The notes under the pieces: model-generated | The model's input: only the letters and a program-made list of their open reading frames with translations | What the model was told of the DNA's origin: nothing | The model's database searches: none | NCBI GenBank assembly: GCA_965601925.1 | Contig: OZ271854.1 | Location: forward strand, 2,208,001 to 2,272,000 | Reading direction: 5' to 3' | Length of the DNA: 64,000 nt | Source: Alkalispirochaeta sp. | GTDB lineage: Bacteria > Spirochaetota > Spirochaetia > DSM-27196 > Alkalispirochaetaceae | Part shown: positions 8,955 to 19,667 of the stretch, in pieces | How positions within the stretch are numbered: the stretch's first letter is position 1 | Layout: the number at the start of each line of letters is the position of its first letter | Position numbers and translations under genes: made by a program

Positions 8955-11000
8955 TTGATCATGGAACGACCGGTTGGGGGCGATGGGACCGTCAAGCAGA
9001 GTCGATTTACGTTACTCTTCCGCCCCGCGGAGGAGGAGGCCTACCGATCTTCGCTCTATCGCCGCGATATGAACCTCACGCGTATCGCGCTGATTGCGGC
9101 GGTCATATTTTGGTCGATCTATGCGACGGTCGATGTGTGGTTGTTTCCGGATCAATCCGGAACGCTTTTACGGGTACGTTTCTTCATATTCCCTCCGCTT
9201 GCGACGATCGTACTCGTACTCACGTTCTTCGACTTCTTCCGAACGATACGCCAGCTCGTTCTCGCCGGTGCGATCGTCGTCGCCGGAGTGTCGATCGTTG
9301 CGTTTCTGGTTATCGCTCCGCCACCCTACGATTCCAGCTATCTTCCGGGCGTCGTTGTGGTCTTTCTCTTCGGATACGCCTTCAGTCGCGTGCAGTTCGT
9401 TACCGCGTCGATCGCGGGCCTCATTATCGTCGCGTCGTATGTCGCCGCCGCCGTCACGGTGGAACACGTTCGATCAATAGATCTTCTGACGAACACCATG
9501 ATTCTCACGACGGCCAATGCGGTCGGCATGTTGGCCTGCTACACCATAGAGAGCAGCCTGAGAGCCGAGTACCTGTATCGTAGCGCTCTCGAGGCGGACG
9601 CCGATCGCGCCCTGGAGGTAAATGCGCGGCTCGAGGAGTTGGTAACCCGCCGTACTGCAGAGTTGGAGGAGATGAACAACGCCTTACGCGCGGAGAACGA
9701 GGAGCGTCGGCGCGTGGAGGATCAGCTCCAATACCTGGCAACGCACGACGTACTGAGCGGTCTGTCCAATCGGCGCTTCTTCGAGAAGCAGTTGGAGCAG
9801 GCCGTCGAGCGCGCCCACGAGACGCACGGCGAGTTTGCCGTCCTGCTTATCGATCTGGACCGGTTCAAAACCGTGAACGACCGACATGGACATCGTTGCG
9901 GCGATGAGGTACTGCAACGTGTCGGCCGTCGTATTCAACGGGCGGTCCGCATCCTCGACACGGTTTCGCGTATCGGCGGCGACGAGTTCACCGTTTTGTT
10001 ACCGCGCCCGGCGACGGACGCCAACATTCGGATGGTCGTTACGCGAATTCTGGAGGCGATCGCAGCGCCCATCAAGTTGGATGTGCTTCGTTTCGAGATT
10101 ACGGCGAGTATCGGCATAGCGCTCTTTTCTCGCGATGCATTGGACGCGGTCGGACTTATGCGGTGCGCCGACAGCGCTATGTATCAGGCCAAGGTAGCCG
10201 GGGGAAACGGCGTCCGGTTTTTCTCCTCGGAGTTCGATGTGCGTATAAAACGACGCGCCGCCATCGAACGTCGTATTCTGCCCGCACTCCACGCGAATGA
10301 GTTCGCGCTCTTCTATCAACCGAAGGTCGAGCTTTCTTCCAACGCGATCCACGGATTCGAAGCGCTGATTCGTTGGGAATGCGACGACGAGACCGTTGCA
10401 CCGGACGAGTTCATTCCGATCGCCGAGGAGTCGGGCACCATTATCGCGATCGGCGAATGGGTGCTCTCCACGGCGTGTTCTTTCGCCACCGCACGCCGAA
10501 CGGCGATCAATGTGAACGTCTCGGCGCGCCAGTTCGCCGCCGGCGGTCTGGTTGCGCGGATCGTCGCCAATTTGAGCGCCGCCGCCCTTTCACCCAAAAA
10601 ACTGTGTGTAGAGATCACCGAGAGTACACTCATGGAAGACCTCGCCGACGCCCGCGAGACGCTTCTCGCCCTGCGCGAGACGGGAGTCTCCATTGCGATC
10701 GACGACTTCGGCACCGGATACTCCTCGCTCTCCTACCTCAGCCGCCTGCCGATCGACGAGCTCAAGATCGATCGATCCTTTATCGCCAGTATCGGATCGT
10801 CCACCCAGGACGAAGCGATCGTGAAGACCGTTATCAACTTGGCGCATAGTATCGGCGCACAGGCGGTTGCCGAAGGTGTCGAGACTCACGAGCAACTCGC
10901 GTTTTTGGCGGCCGAGGATTGCGACGCCGTGCAGGGATACCTCGTGGCGCGCCCGATGCGTATCGAGGAGGCGGTTGCGTTTCAGTGGCCCGCGTCGTAA
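8955..11000 (+). CDS. Membrane-bound diguanylate cyclase/phosphodiesterase (multi-TM, GGDEF, EAL)
   Basis: Intact GGDEF, 'GFEALIRW' and 'DDFGTGYSS'; about 6 N-terminal TM helices and a coiled coil. Confidence 0.92.
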   Translation: MIMERPVGGDGTVKQSRFTLLFRPAEEEAYRSSLYRRDMNLTRIALIAAVIFWSIYATVDVWLFPDQSGTLLRVRFFIFPPLATIVLVLTFFDFFRTIRQLVLAGAIVVAGVSIVAFLVIAPPPYDSSYLPGVVVVFLFGYAFSRVQFVTASIAGLIIVASYVAAAVTVEHVRSIDLLTNTMILTTANAVGMLACYTIESSLRAEYLYRSALEADADRALEVNARLEELVTRRTAELEEMNNALRAENEERRRVEDQLQYLATHDVLSGLSNRRFFEKQLEQAVERAHETHGEFAVLLIDLDRFKTVNDRHGHRCGDEVLQRVGRRIQRAVRILDTVSRIGGDEFTVLLPRPATDANIRMVVTRILEAIAAPIKLDVLRFEITASIGIALFSRDALDAVGLMRCADSAMYQAKVAGGNGVRFFSSEFDVRIKRRAAIERRILPALHANEFALFYQPKVELSSNAIHGFEALIRWECDDETVAPDEFIPIAEESGTIIAIGEWVLSTACSFATARRTAINVNVSARQFAAGGLVARIVANLSAAALSPKKLCVEITESTLMEDLADARETLLALRETGVSIAIDDFGTGYSSLSYLSRLPIDELKIDRSFIASIGSSTQDEAIVKTVINLAHSIGAQAVAEGVETHEQLAFLAAEDCDAVQGYLVARPMRIEEAVAFQWPAS

Positions 11001-11119
11001 CGCGCTCGGCGCATAAGTCGGCCGGGTAAAAAGGGGGCGCGAGGGCGTTTGCCGCTCCGTCGTCGCTACCCGCAGATACGACGTGCTGCGAGTTCGATGC
11101 CGGTGCACGGAATACACCT

Positions 11120-11515
11120 TCATGCACCGCTCGAGTGCGGCGGTTTCATGGTCGAAAACGCGCTCAGGTCGCCCAGAGGCACATATCCTGAGACGAGGGC
11201 GTCGAGGTCGAGGGAGCCGGCCGGCTCCGAGAAATAGACGGGTTTACCGGCTCCTTTAGCGTAGCCGATTTCTACCGTCACAAGGGTCCCGACATACCCG
11301 TCCGGATCGATGACGTACAGCGCCTCGGACTCACGAATAGCGCGAAAATGATCGTCCTCGAACGTGCGCATCATGTTCAACGTTATCGGACGGTGGGAGG
11401 GTAGCGGCTCAAGATTGGGAAACTTCGCCTCAATACCGATTCTCTCGCATTCGGCGATCGCGCGCTTTACAAGATGCACAAATCGTAGGCTGCAACTGAT
11501 GGTAATCGTTCGCAT
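11120..11515 (-). CDS. Small protein, nucleoside 2-deoxyribosyltransferase-like fold
   Basis: GAGGAG RBS before ATG 11515; 'HFRAIRESEALYVIDPDGYVGTLVTVEIGYAKGAGKPVY' resembles the GT..E.GYA...GKPV motif. Confidence 0.6.
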   Translation of the reverse strand: MRTITISCSLRFVHLVKRAIAECERIGIEAKFPNLEPLPSHRPITLNMMRTFEDDHFRAIRESEALYVIDPDGYVGTLVTVEIGYAKGAGKPVYFSEPAGSLDLDALVSGYVPLGDLSAFSTMKPPHSSGA

Positions 11516-12055
11516 CACGTCTCCTCGGTGGTATGGAGCGAGTCTCGGTGCCGCCGCTCCGCACAATGAGCATGCACCTCCGCTTACCGCGTGTAGGTAT
11601 CGTTGCAGCCACGATAGGGGACCCATTCGACACCGACGAAGGATACCGGAACCGCAGCTGCCATCGTCACGACCGCAACGACGAAGAAAGGCCGGCGACC
11701 AAGACGACCTGCGCGATGCTATTCTGTGCGATGGGATACATCAAGGCCGGTATCAGCCGCTTGCACCGCCCCGGTACGAAGGCGACAAAGAGTGTCGACG
11801 GCGTGATGTGCGCCTTTTCCATCCGGGCGTGCGTATGCGTATGGGTCGGATGCCCCTTGGCCGGGCGGGATGTCGGGCGATGCGGGCTCAAGACCGGTTT
11901 CACGCACTGCGATATAGTCGCCGACACCACACATTTTGTGAAAAGCAGTTCACGTATTGCGGCTTCTTTGCGGGCAAACTCCGTCTTTATGAACGACGGA
12001 CCCTGTAATTATTTTTAATAAAAAGACTTATCCTGAGTTTGTTGTTGTGTCTCCT

Positions 12056-12071
12056 TGGCGCGTATTTTGCT
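12056..12071 (+). promoter_or_regulatory. Sigma-54 (-24/-12) promoter
   Basis: TGGCGCGTATTTTGCT: GG-N10-GC with TTGCT, just upstream of RBS GGAGGA and ATG 12095. Confidence 0.75.
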
Positions 12072-12094
12072 TCCTGACGATCGGAGGATGAAAA

Positions 12095-13253
12095 ATGAAA
12101 AAAGCCGTCAGTTGGAGACTATCTTTACCCGCCATTGTTCTTATTGTGTTGCTCGGATGTGACAACCCGACAAGCAGTGACGGAACGAGCAACGACCAGC
12201 CTAACAATGATCGGCCCACGGACAGTGTGGTAAATGTCGATCAGGACTACGGGTTTCAGGTCGATCCCGACGATATCCAAGATCTGAGAGTGTTGGATCG
12301 TGTACCGGAGAATAATTCGACGTCAATAGCACCGAGCTCTCCGGTGATCGTGTATTTCGACGACATCGTCGATCCTGATTCAATCAGTTCACAAACGTTT
12401 TCCATCTCTGTCAGCGAACCTGCCGGAACATCCGGCGACGCAGTCGCGTTGCGTACACAAGCGAGCGTCGCAGCCTCGAATACCGGTACAGACGTGTTTG
12501 GAACCATAACCGTGACCAAGTCTGCCGACGGAAATGCCGCTATCATTATATTCACGCCGTTTGACGGATTCCCTACAAATAGCGAGATCACGATAACGAT
12601 TTCGGGCGATGCGCTACTCGACGACGGCGGCAACAGTATCGGCACGGCGTAGGTGTTCACATTTGTGACCGGAGATTCCGTCACGACTGATGCAGGCGCG
12701 TTAACCTTTGAATCGGGCGCCGACGGGCTAATGTTCGAGGGTAATACCGGCATTGTTACAACACCAGTCTGGGGAGTCCAATCGTTGGAGGGCAGCGCCG
12801 CTGCGGTATTGACAACCGGTAACGTCGTCGAGTCCGGGATTACCGGTTCCGCCCCGGTTCAATCAGTACTCCACGTTGACAACCGGAGTAATAGACGTGC
12901 CACCCGGCGCAACCACTCTTCGAGCCGACTACTATTTCATCTCCGATGAATTTCTGGATTTTTTAGGAAGTGAGTTTGACGACAATGCGACATTGACCGT
13001 TGCCGGTTCTTCCGGAGCGGAGTCAGTTGTACTGGCAAGCGTGAACCAGTTTGTAGAGGGCGAGTTGACGCCCCTGGAGTCGTTCCCCGACGATTCCGAC
13101 GGAGATGGTGACTTTTATCGTAGTGATTTACAAACAGCTTCGATAGAAATTCGTGACCTTGGGTCTCAGATTACCGTCGCGATAACGATTACGGATGTCG
13201 AAGACGAGCTTTTTACCAGCCTTCTCCTATTCGACAACGTACGATTTGAGTAA
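12095..13253 (+). pseudogene. Disrupted lipoprotein with Ig-like (Big_5/SbsA-like) domain and acidic C-terminal domain
   Basis: Lipobox LLGC; 'VPENNSTSIAPSSPVIVYFDDIVDPDSI'; in-frame TAG at 12650-12652 with coding continuing; frame shifts by +1 near 12855-12875 into '...NQYSTLTTGVID...DYYFISDEFLDFLGSEFDD...LLFDNVRFE'. Confidence 0.75.
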
Positions 13254-13275
13254 TCGGCACATCCTGTTGTTGCTA

Positions 13276-13305
13276 CCGGCCGGAACTTCTTCGCGTTCCG
13301 GCCGG
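13276..13305 (+). terminator. GC-rich hairpin after the lipoprotein pseudogene
   Basis: CCGGCCGGAAC-loop-GTTCCGGCCGG perfect 11-bp stem; no U-tract. Confidence 0.4.
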
Positions 13306-13645
13306 CTGCACGGTGCGACGACCCACGTGTGACCGGCAGTCTTGCCGGAGCCTGCTCGCGTGCATATAACCGCGTCCCGGATGATAGAGTCATATCCCAC
13401 GTGTGTTATGGACCGATTGCGCTTCTTGCCGTCCGGTTGAAGGACTCTCTCTTGCATAAAGCGGACCGCGATCTATGACTTCGATTGCTTTGTCTTCGAT
13501 ACGAAAGCATTCGCTGTTCACGAATCGTGTGGCGGGCGCTTCTCATCGCTACATGCAATGTTAATTGGTAAGATTTGTATTTCGCTTCGTTGCGCCAAAG
13601 CTTTCTCTAACAGAGACTTACTTGCCTACAAAAACCGCCGAGACT

Positions 13646-13661
13646 TGGCACGAATAATGCA
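13646..13661 (+). promoter_or_regulatory. Sigma-54 (-24/-12) promoter
   Basis: TGGCACGAATAATGCA: GG-N10-GC, upstream of AAGGAGG RBS and ATG 13692. Confidence 0.75.
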
Positions 13662-13691
13662 ATGCGTTCTGTGTGCTGAAGGAGGGCATGC

Positions 13692-15086
13692 ATGAAGAAC
13701 AAAAAAATGACGTTCCAAGCTGTCAGTGTCGGGATGTTATGGATACTGTTGCTGTCATGTGGCGGCGGTTCGTCAAATGGGGGAGGATCAGCGGAGACGG
13801 TCGTTGCGTTCGGCGGTACGGTTATCGCGTTTGACGGTACGCCGATAGCCGAGGCGGATGTCACGGTCGAAGGGGAAACGGCCCAAACCGATTCCTCCGG
13901 CGCATTTTCTTTCGATATCGCGTACGCGCAAGTCCCGAATCGGATTACATATGAGATATCCAAAGAAGGGTACTTCGACTTTGTCGGCGGCGTGCGGCCG
14001 AGTCCCAACGGTGAGGCTACCGTTACCGTCGCACTCAACCAACGGACGCTCATGGGTACGGTGAACGGCTCGACGGGAGGGACGGTGAGTTCCAGCAGTA
14101 TGAGCATCGAGGTCGGATCCAACGCATTCGTCGACGACTCCGGCAATACGGTCTCCGGTGATGTAAATGTGTTCGCCAACGACATCTCCCCGGACGACGA
14201 GAATTTTTCAGCGGCAATGCCGGGGGGAGATTTTCAGGCGACCGATACGAACGGGGCAGATGGCAGTCTCACCTCGTTCGGAGCGCTGAACCTGGAGTTG
14301 GAGGATGCCGGCGGTAACAACGTGGACCTTCAGGACTCCGTCCAGATAACGCTTGCCATTCCGGCGAGTTTGCGGTCCGACGCGCCGGATACGATCGACG
14401 TGTGGATTCTTATAGCCACCGGTAGATGGGAGGTCGGCGGAACCGCCACGCGTGTCGGGGACAACTACGTGTTCACCATTCAGTCCGAGGGGGCGATCAA
14501 CTGCGACTTGTTCGGCCGCAACGCAATCGTTGAGGGTACCGTGTACGATTTCGGGACACCCGTTCCGAATATACCGGTTGAAATCGGCCAACTTACCACC
14601 TCGACCGACTCCTTGGGCGAGTACTCCGCACTGGTACCGAGCAACGTAGACCTCACGTTCGACGCCGGCACTTACGGGTCGGTCGACAAGCAGGCGGGAG
14701 AGCTTAGTACCACATCGGTAAACATCGTAGATATCGGTTCTTCGAGTGTGCCGACACTGGGCGAGGGTTCGTACACGTTTCTCGGAACCGCCTACAGCGG
14801 GTTTGCCGTCTTCTCATTGGGAGTGTGGGGCATAACCGATGCGTCGGGATCTGCCGTCCTAAGCATTTCCGGCGTTCCCGATAGCGGAAGCAGAACGGTG
14901 GCTGAGGGCGTATTTGTCGGACTATCCTTCCAGTTCGGGTCGGTTCTCTACTATGCGGCTTCCGGATCGGTAACGCGCAGCGGAAACAACCTCAGTTTTT
15001 CATTTGTGATGGCCGACGCCACGAACAATGCCGAAGTCGGCACCCTTTCCGGACAAATGGCAGCCACCGACGTCGGCGCTTTCTGA
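13692..15086 (+). CDS. Surface lipoprotein with carboxypeptidase-regulatory-like beta-sandwich domains
   Basis: Lipobox LLLSC followed by a Gly/Ser linker; 'GTVIAFDGTPIAEADVTV...TDSSGAFSF' repeated as 'GTVYDFGTPVPNIPV...TDSLGEYS'; 'MPGGDF...LTSFGALNLEL'. Confidence 0.75.
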   Translation: MKNKKMTFQAVSVGMLWILLLSCGGGSSNGGGSAETVVAFGGTVIAFDGTPIAEADVTVEGETAQTDSSGAFSFDIAYAQVPNRITYEISKEGYFDFVGGVRPSPNGEATVTVALNQRTLMGTVNGSTGGTVSSSSMSIEVGSNAFVDDSGNTVSGDVNVFANDISPDDENFSAAMPGGDFQATDTNGADGSLTSFGALNLELEDAGGNNVDLQDSVQITLAIPASLRSDAPDTIDVWILIATGRWEVGGTATRVGDNYVFTIQSEGAINCDLFGRNAIVEGTVYDFGTPVPNIPVEIGQLTTSTDSLGEYSALVPSNVDLTFDAGTYGSVDKQAGELSTTSVNIVDIGSSSVPTLGEGSYTFLGTAYSGFAVFSLGVWGITDASGSAVLSISGVPDSGSRTVAEGVFVGLSFQFGSVLYYAASGSVTRSGNNLSFSFVMADATNNAEVGTLSGQMAATDVGAF

Positions 15087-15211
15087 GATGTACACGCTAT
15101 CGCACCGATCCGACTACAATGGCTCGGTGCGGACCGGCCGCGGTGACGCCTACGATCAATACGCGGGTGCGCGCATTCGAACGACCGTTCGGCAAAGCGC
15201 GAACGGCGGCG

Positions 15212-18200
15212 TCATGCGTCTTGTGATCGCGGTCTGTCCGCGATGGGCACGAGGATCTCCACGACCGTTGTGTAGATATCGGTACGACCGAAACGGAGGA
15301 TGCCGTGATGCTGTTCGACGATCGTTCGTACGATGGATAGGCCGAGTCCCGTTCCGCCCTCGGAAACGCGGGTAGAGGAAAACGGATTACCCGTCACGCC
15401 GTCGGCGTCGAGTATCGCACGAACGGGCATGCCGCGTCCTTGGTCGCATACTGCGAAAGAGACGTAGTCTTTCCCGTCCAAGGAAATACGTAGGGCGACT
15501 TTGGCCGATCGGTCGCCGAGTGCCTCGCACGCGTTTTTTATCAGATTGATGAGCGCCTGCTCGAGACGACCGGGGATCGCTTGAACAGGTGGGAGCGTCT
15601 CCGCGGCCTCATAGATGATACCGTCGGTGTGTTGATTCACCAGCAGACGGGTGAAACCGACGACTCGCTTCCCAATTTCGGCGGGCGATAGTCGTTCCCA
15701 CAGGTCGGTTCGGCCGCCGGCGGCGTACTCCCGTACCTGCGTCAGGATATCTCCGATACGCCGACTGGCATCGAGAAGGCTACCGAGTGCGCGGTCGACC
15801 CTGTCGGGATGCTCCGTGCTCTCGGCGGTGCCTATCTTGCTAAGCAGCAAACGTAGCGTCTCCCCGTTGAGTCGGAGGATGTGGTTGGCGTTTCCGATCT
15901 CGTGGGCCACGATAGACGAGAGCAGCCCCAGTGAGGACATGCGATCGGCGACGACGAGCTCTCGTTCGCGCGCCCTGAGCGTGGTTACATCGCGAAAACC
16001 GAGAGCCGCCGTCGGCGCAGGTGATCCGGCAACGGGATTCACCGAGACCATCAAAACGTGATTGTGCCATTCCAACTCTGCCTCGCGAGTAGCGGATGTG
16101 GCGATGGCGGAACTGATAAACGGCGCCAGTTCTCGCGCGAGGTCGCCACGCAGCTCGACTCGGTCATCGGAGTGGATGAGCAAAAATGGGGTGGCCACCG
16201 CGTTGTGAAAGAGTACGTCGAGGGAGTCGGTAACAAGTAGGATCGCGTCCCTCGTTGCGTCGAAAAGGATTTGAGTGTAGTGCCGTGTCCGTTCAAGCTC
16301 CCGCCGCGAAGGGTGTGGGGTCGACGATTCTCCGACGCCTTTTGACTCCCGTTTCGTCCGTTGTGCCGATGTCTGCGCCGGAAACGCGTTATATCGATCG
16401 AAACGCTCATACAGTCGTCGTAGTCGATCGGATACTCGTCGTGCCGCCGGTTTCGCACCCCACCTCTCGTACAGGCTGTGAGCCTCGTGAAGCGCCGCGA
16501 TCGCTTCGACCGATTGAGGGTTGTCGTGTAAGAGAAAATCGGCGTGGTACTCGGCGGTGATTGCGCCCTCATTGGAAAATCCGTCTTCTATCGCCGCGTG
16601 TCGTGCCTTGCGATAGAGGCGTCCCGCTCGTCTCTTATGACCGCGCCTACGGGCCCGCTCCGCTTCGAGGATATAAACCCGGTGAGGTCCCGAGGTATGC
16701 GGCCCGTAGCGCCGCGTCATCTTCACGGCTCGATCGAGCTCGTCATCATTTCCAACTTTTGCGACTACCAGACCGTAGTAGAACCAGAGTACCGTGTGTG
16801 CATACAAAGTAACACTGTGTATCTGGTCGATAGCGGCGTCCTGAAACATCCGATAGGCAAGTTCCGGGCGCTCGGCGTATACCGCTATCATCGTCTTCAG
16901 CATCTGCAAACCTGCTAAACCGAGATGATCTTCGCTCCGTTTAAGACCTTCAAAAAGGTCCGATTCCGAGGCGAGCGTAGTCTCGTCCTCCGCTCGTCCG
17001 AGTAAGCACTCGGCAGCTTGTCGATACTTTATCATGGAGGAGTTTAGCCGCACCAAACCGAGCTCATTCAGGCGGCGACCGTGCCTCGCCATAGCTGATA
17101 TTGTCTGCTCAAGTCTCCGACCACAAAAAAGCATATTTTGTAAATTTATGTTTCCACATGGTGTGGCCCACTGATAATAACCTTTGCGCATACCGTCCTC
17201 ATAAAGCTCGTCGAGTTCCGACATCGAGCGAGCGATATCGACCGTCCAGTGGGACCCACATGCGGCAGTTGCGGTACGTGTATCGTAGTACGCGATATCG
17301 TCGCCGTGGAGTCGCATGAACCACCTCGCCAGATCCAGGCCTATCTGCGCCACCTTCTGGCGTCGTTTTAGTGGTCCACCTTCAGCGGAGACCAACATGG
17401 ACCAGTACAAAAAACCGAAACTGCTGTAGGGGCTGGGCCCGTTGAAAAGAGCTTCCTTCAGGGTAATCCACGCTAAAACCGGTAGACGCTCCGGATCGAC
17501 GGTAATCAAGGAAAAAAGAAGGCCCGCGCACGTCACGGCGATAAGATCGGCGCGGGGGTTCGTCGGTCCGGCGGCGCGCACTATACTCCGATAGAGTCTT
17601 GTCGGTCGAGTTCGAGCAAGAAACGTATAGGCTTGCTTGATGTGTTTGTCGCGGACATCGTAGTCCTCGAAGTCGTCGCTCTCGACCGCTCCGAGATCGG
17701 CCAATACTCGCCAGCCGATCCTCGCGGCGCCGCGGATCCATGTTTTCGCGTAGGCACGGGAGATCCACAAAGAACGCGCGCGACTGACGTCTTCGATCGC
17801 TCCATGCGCTCGAATGAAGCGAAAATGTCGGCTCATCGCGTGACCGTCGTCGGCCGTAAAGGCGGCTTGGTGAGCGAGAAGGTGGAGGTCGAGTAGCGTA
17901 TCGCGGTCGGATGGGATATCGACATTCAGGCGCAACGCTTCCTCGTAAAAAAAGAGCGCTTCGCGCGGCACCAAAAGCGCCAGCGCCCGATCCGCCGCGG
18001 AGCGGAGTATGAGCAGCGTCTCCTCGGTCGTTACCAATCTTCTCAGCTCGGAGGCGATTCGTTCCTCTGTCTCATCGTCACCGGCGGCCACTCCGCCCGT
18101 TAGCATCCGCGCCAGGACGAACGCCGCTCGGTCGTCGCCGTTACGGACGCGATCCCTCAGTAGATTTGCCGTCGCGGCGATGCGCTCCGGTGAACCGGCC

Positions 18201-19564
18201 GCCCGCCTCCGTACCGCCGCCTCGATTGAGTCGTGACGAAAGACGATCGTGCCGGTTACCTCGTCGCGTTGAATGACCTCAGCGCGTTCCGCCTCGCGTA
18301 GGAGCGTTTCTCCCGAGTATTGCCCATACGCCGGCAGTTGAGCGACGAGCGACAGCGGGACCGGAGGGAGCAGGAGCGCCAGATACTCCAACATCGTCCG
18401 CGCCTCCGGCGACAACTCATCGATCTTGTGGTCTACGGGGTTTTCGGCTCGACGCGGTCCAGGTCGCGACCCATGCCCGAGATGAGCGAGTTGGCGCGCA
18501 GCCCGAGCGGTATCGACGATCGCCATGGGATTCCCGGGAGCCCGAGCGGCGACCCACGCCGCAAGACGTCGCTCCTCGCTACCGTGCCGGCCCGGGATAA
18601 GAAGCGATCGTAGGAGATCCTCGCTCTCTTCCGATGTCAGAGGCGCGACGGTGAGCTCTTCTAGTCGTAGACTCGAGGGAAGTTTTGATGACGCCGCAGG
18701 ACGGCCCAGAAAGACGACCAGTAATCTGTCCGGGTCATTTGCTACGATTCGCAAGACCGCCGCGCTTTGCTCGTCAAGCCATTGAAGGTCGTCAACGGCA
18801 AGTACGGTAGCTCCTTCCGCGGACCTCTCGGCCAGTCGACGTAGTAGGGCGGCGAGGGCGGCGGGAATGTCGATGCGGTGTTCCGCGGGGGCGCCCGTCG
18901 CCCACTCGTCGTCGATCAGTTCCTGGGAAAGAATCAAACGTAATACCCCGCGCCCTCCCTGGTGTCGTCCCGGAGAGGCCATGATCTCAGCCAAGACCTT
19001 CGACGCCGGAAGATCCTCCGCAGCGGACCGGGCGCGGAGCATTTGAACGAGAAGCGCCGAGTAGGTTAGATACGGTGAGCTACCGCTTTGGGGGCTCTTA
19101 TCGTACACCCAAATATCGCCGTCGCGTCGTTCGACCGCTTCCACCGATCGCCAGAGGTAGGTCTTACCGATCCCCGAGTCACCCGTCACCACTACCGCGT
19201 GTCCAGCCCCATTTCGGGCGGCGGTCACCAAAGCGACCAACCGCTCGAATAGTACCCTTCGGCTCGGTGGGATGCCGACTTGCGAGACGAGGAGACGCAC
19301 GTCGCGCTCCAAGTCAGCCGTAGTAGCGTAGCCGTCGCCGGTCGCAGTGACCGCCCGTGATATGATGCGATTGAGAATGCGCAACTGCACCGGGTCGATG
19401 TCGTCACGATCGACGACCCATCCGACCGTAGCTCCCTCTTGTGCGCCGGTGCTCACGATCGAGTATCCTACACGGCCGAGAGTACGGACACTCGTCGTCG
19501 AATCGGCGCGATCGATTCGACGTAACCACTCGGCCAGTGCGTCGGATAGTAGGAAGTAGTTCAT
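15212..19564 (-). CDS. STAND/AAA-ATPase sensor histidine kinase (AAA_16, helical region, PAS-like, HisKA, HATPase)
   Basis: Walker A GDSGIGKT; Walker B 'LAVDDLQWLD'; 'GNPMAI'; 'FRHDSI'; H-box 'VAHEIGN'; N-box 'LINLIKNACEA'; G boxes 'DQGRGM' and 'GTGLGLSI'. Confidence 0.88.
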   Translation of the reverse strand: MNYFLLSDALAEWLRRIDRADSTTSVRTLGRVGYSIVSTGAQEGATVGWVVDRDDIDPVQLRILNRIISRAVTATGDGYATTADLERDVRLLVSQVGIPPSRRVLFERLVALVTAARNGAGHAVVVTGDSGIGKTYLWRSVEAVERRDGDIWVYDKSPQSGSSPYLTYSALLVQMLRARSAAEDLPASKVLAEIMASPGRHQGGRGVLRLILSQELIDDEWATGAPAEHRIDIPAALAALLRRLAERSAEGATVLAVDDLQWLDEQSAAVLRIVANDPDRLLVVFLGRPAASSKLPSSLRLEELTVAPLTSEESEDLLRSLLIPGRHGSEERRLAAWVAARAPGNPMAIVDTARAARQLAHLGHGSRPGPRRAENPVDHKIDELSPEARTMLEYLALLLPPVPLSLVAQLPAYGQYSGETLLREAERAEVIQRDEVTGTIVFRHDSIEAAVRRRAAGSPERIAATANLLRDRVRNGDDRAAFVLARMLTGGVAAGDDETEERIASELRRLVTTEETLLILRSAADRALALLVPREALFFYEEALRLNVDIPSDRDTLLDLHLLAHQAAFTADDGHAMSRHFRFIRAHGAIEDVSRARSLWISRAYAKTWIRGAARIGWRVLADLGAVESDDFEDYDVRDKHIKQAYTFLARTRPTRLYRSIVRAAGPTNPRADLIAVTCAGLLFSLITVDPERLPVLAWITLKEALFNGPSPYSSFGFLYWSMLVSAEGGPLKRRQKVAQIGLDLARWFMRLHGDDIAYYDTRTATAACGSHWTVDIARSMSELDELYEDGMRKGYYQWATPCGNINLQNMLFCGRRLEQTISAMARHGRRLNELGLVRLNSSMIKYRQAAECLLGRAEDETTLASESDLFEGLKRSEDHLGLAGLQMLKTMIAVYAERPELAYRMFQDAAIDQIHSVTLYAHTVLWFYYGLVVAKVGNDDELDRAVKMTRRYGPHTSGPHRVYILEAERARRRGHKRRAGRLYRKARHAAIEDGFSNEGAITAEYHADFLLHDNPQSVEAIAALHEAHSLYERWGAKPAARRVSDRLRRLYERFDRYNAFPAQTSAQRTKRESKGVGESSTPHPSRRELERTRHYTQILFDATRDAILLVTDSLDVLFHNAVATPFLLIHSDDRVELRGDLARELAPFISSAIATSATREAELEWHNHVLMVSVNPVAGSPAPTAALGFRDVTTLRARERELVVADRMSSLGLLSSIVAHEIGNANHILRLNGETLRLLLSKIGTAESTEHPDRVDRALGSLLDASRRIGDILTQVREYAAGGRTDLWERLSPAEIGKRVVGFTRLLVNQHTDGIIYEAAETLPPVQAIPGRLEQALINLIKNACEALGDRSAKVALRISLDGKDYVSFAVCDQGRGMPVRAILDADGVTGNPFSSTRVSEGGTGLGLSIVRTIVEQHHGILRFGRTDIYTTVVEILVPIADRPRSQDA

Positions 19565-19667
19565 CGCCGGAGTCCTGTAAGGAATAACCGTAAGTGTTGC
19601 TTCTCAGTACATTAGTTCACAATGGCATTTTATGATACCATATCCAGTCACTATCAAAGGGGGGTAC

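Noticed and set aside
11533..12018. Overlapping ORFs between the NDT-like gene and the island; possible decayed membrane-protein fragment on the minus strand
   Set aside because: No RBS or recognisable domain; the hydrophobic stretch needs frameshifts and cannot be assigned.
12650..12652. In-frame TAG as pyrrolysine or programmed readthrough
   Set aside because: A second lesion (frameshift) follows, many genes here end in TAG, and no pyl genes are visible. Decay is the simpler explanation.
19623..19638. Sigma-54 promoter for the hydrolase-regulator operon (TGGCATTTTATGATAC)
   Set aside because: No GC-like -12 element at N10 spacing.
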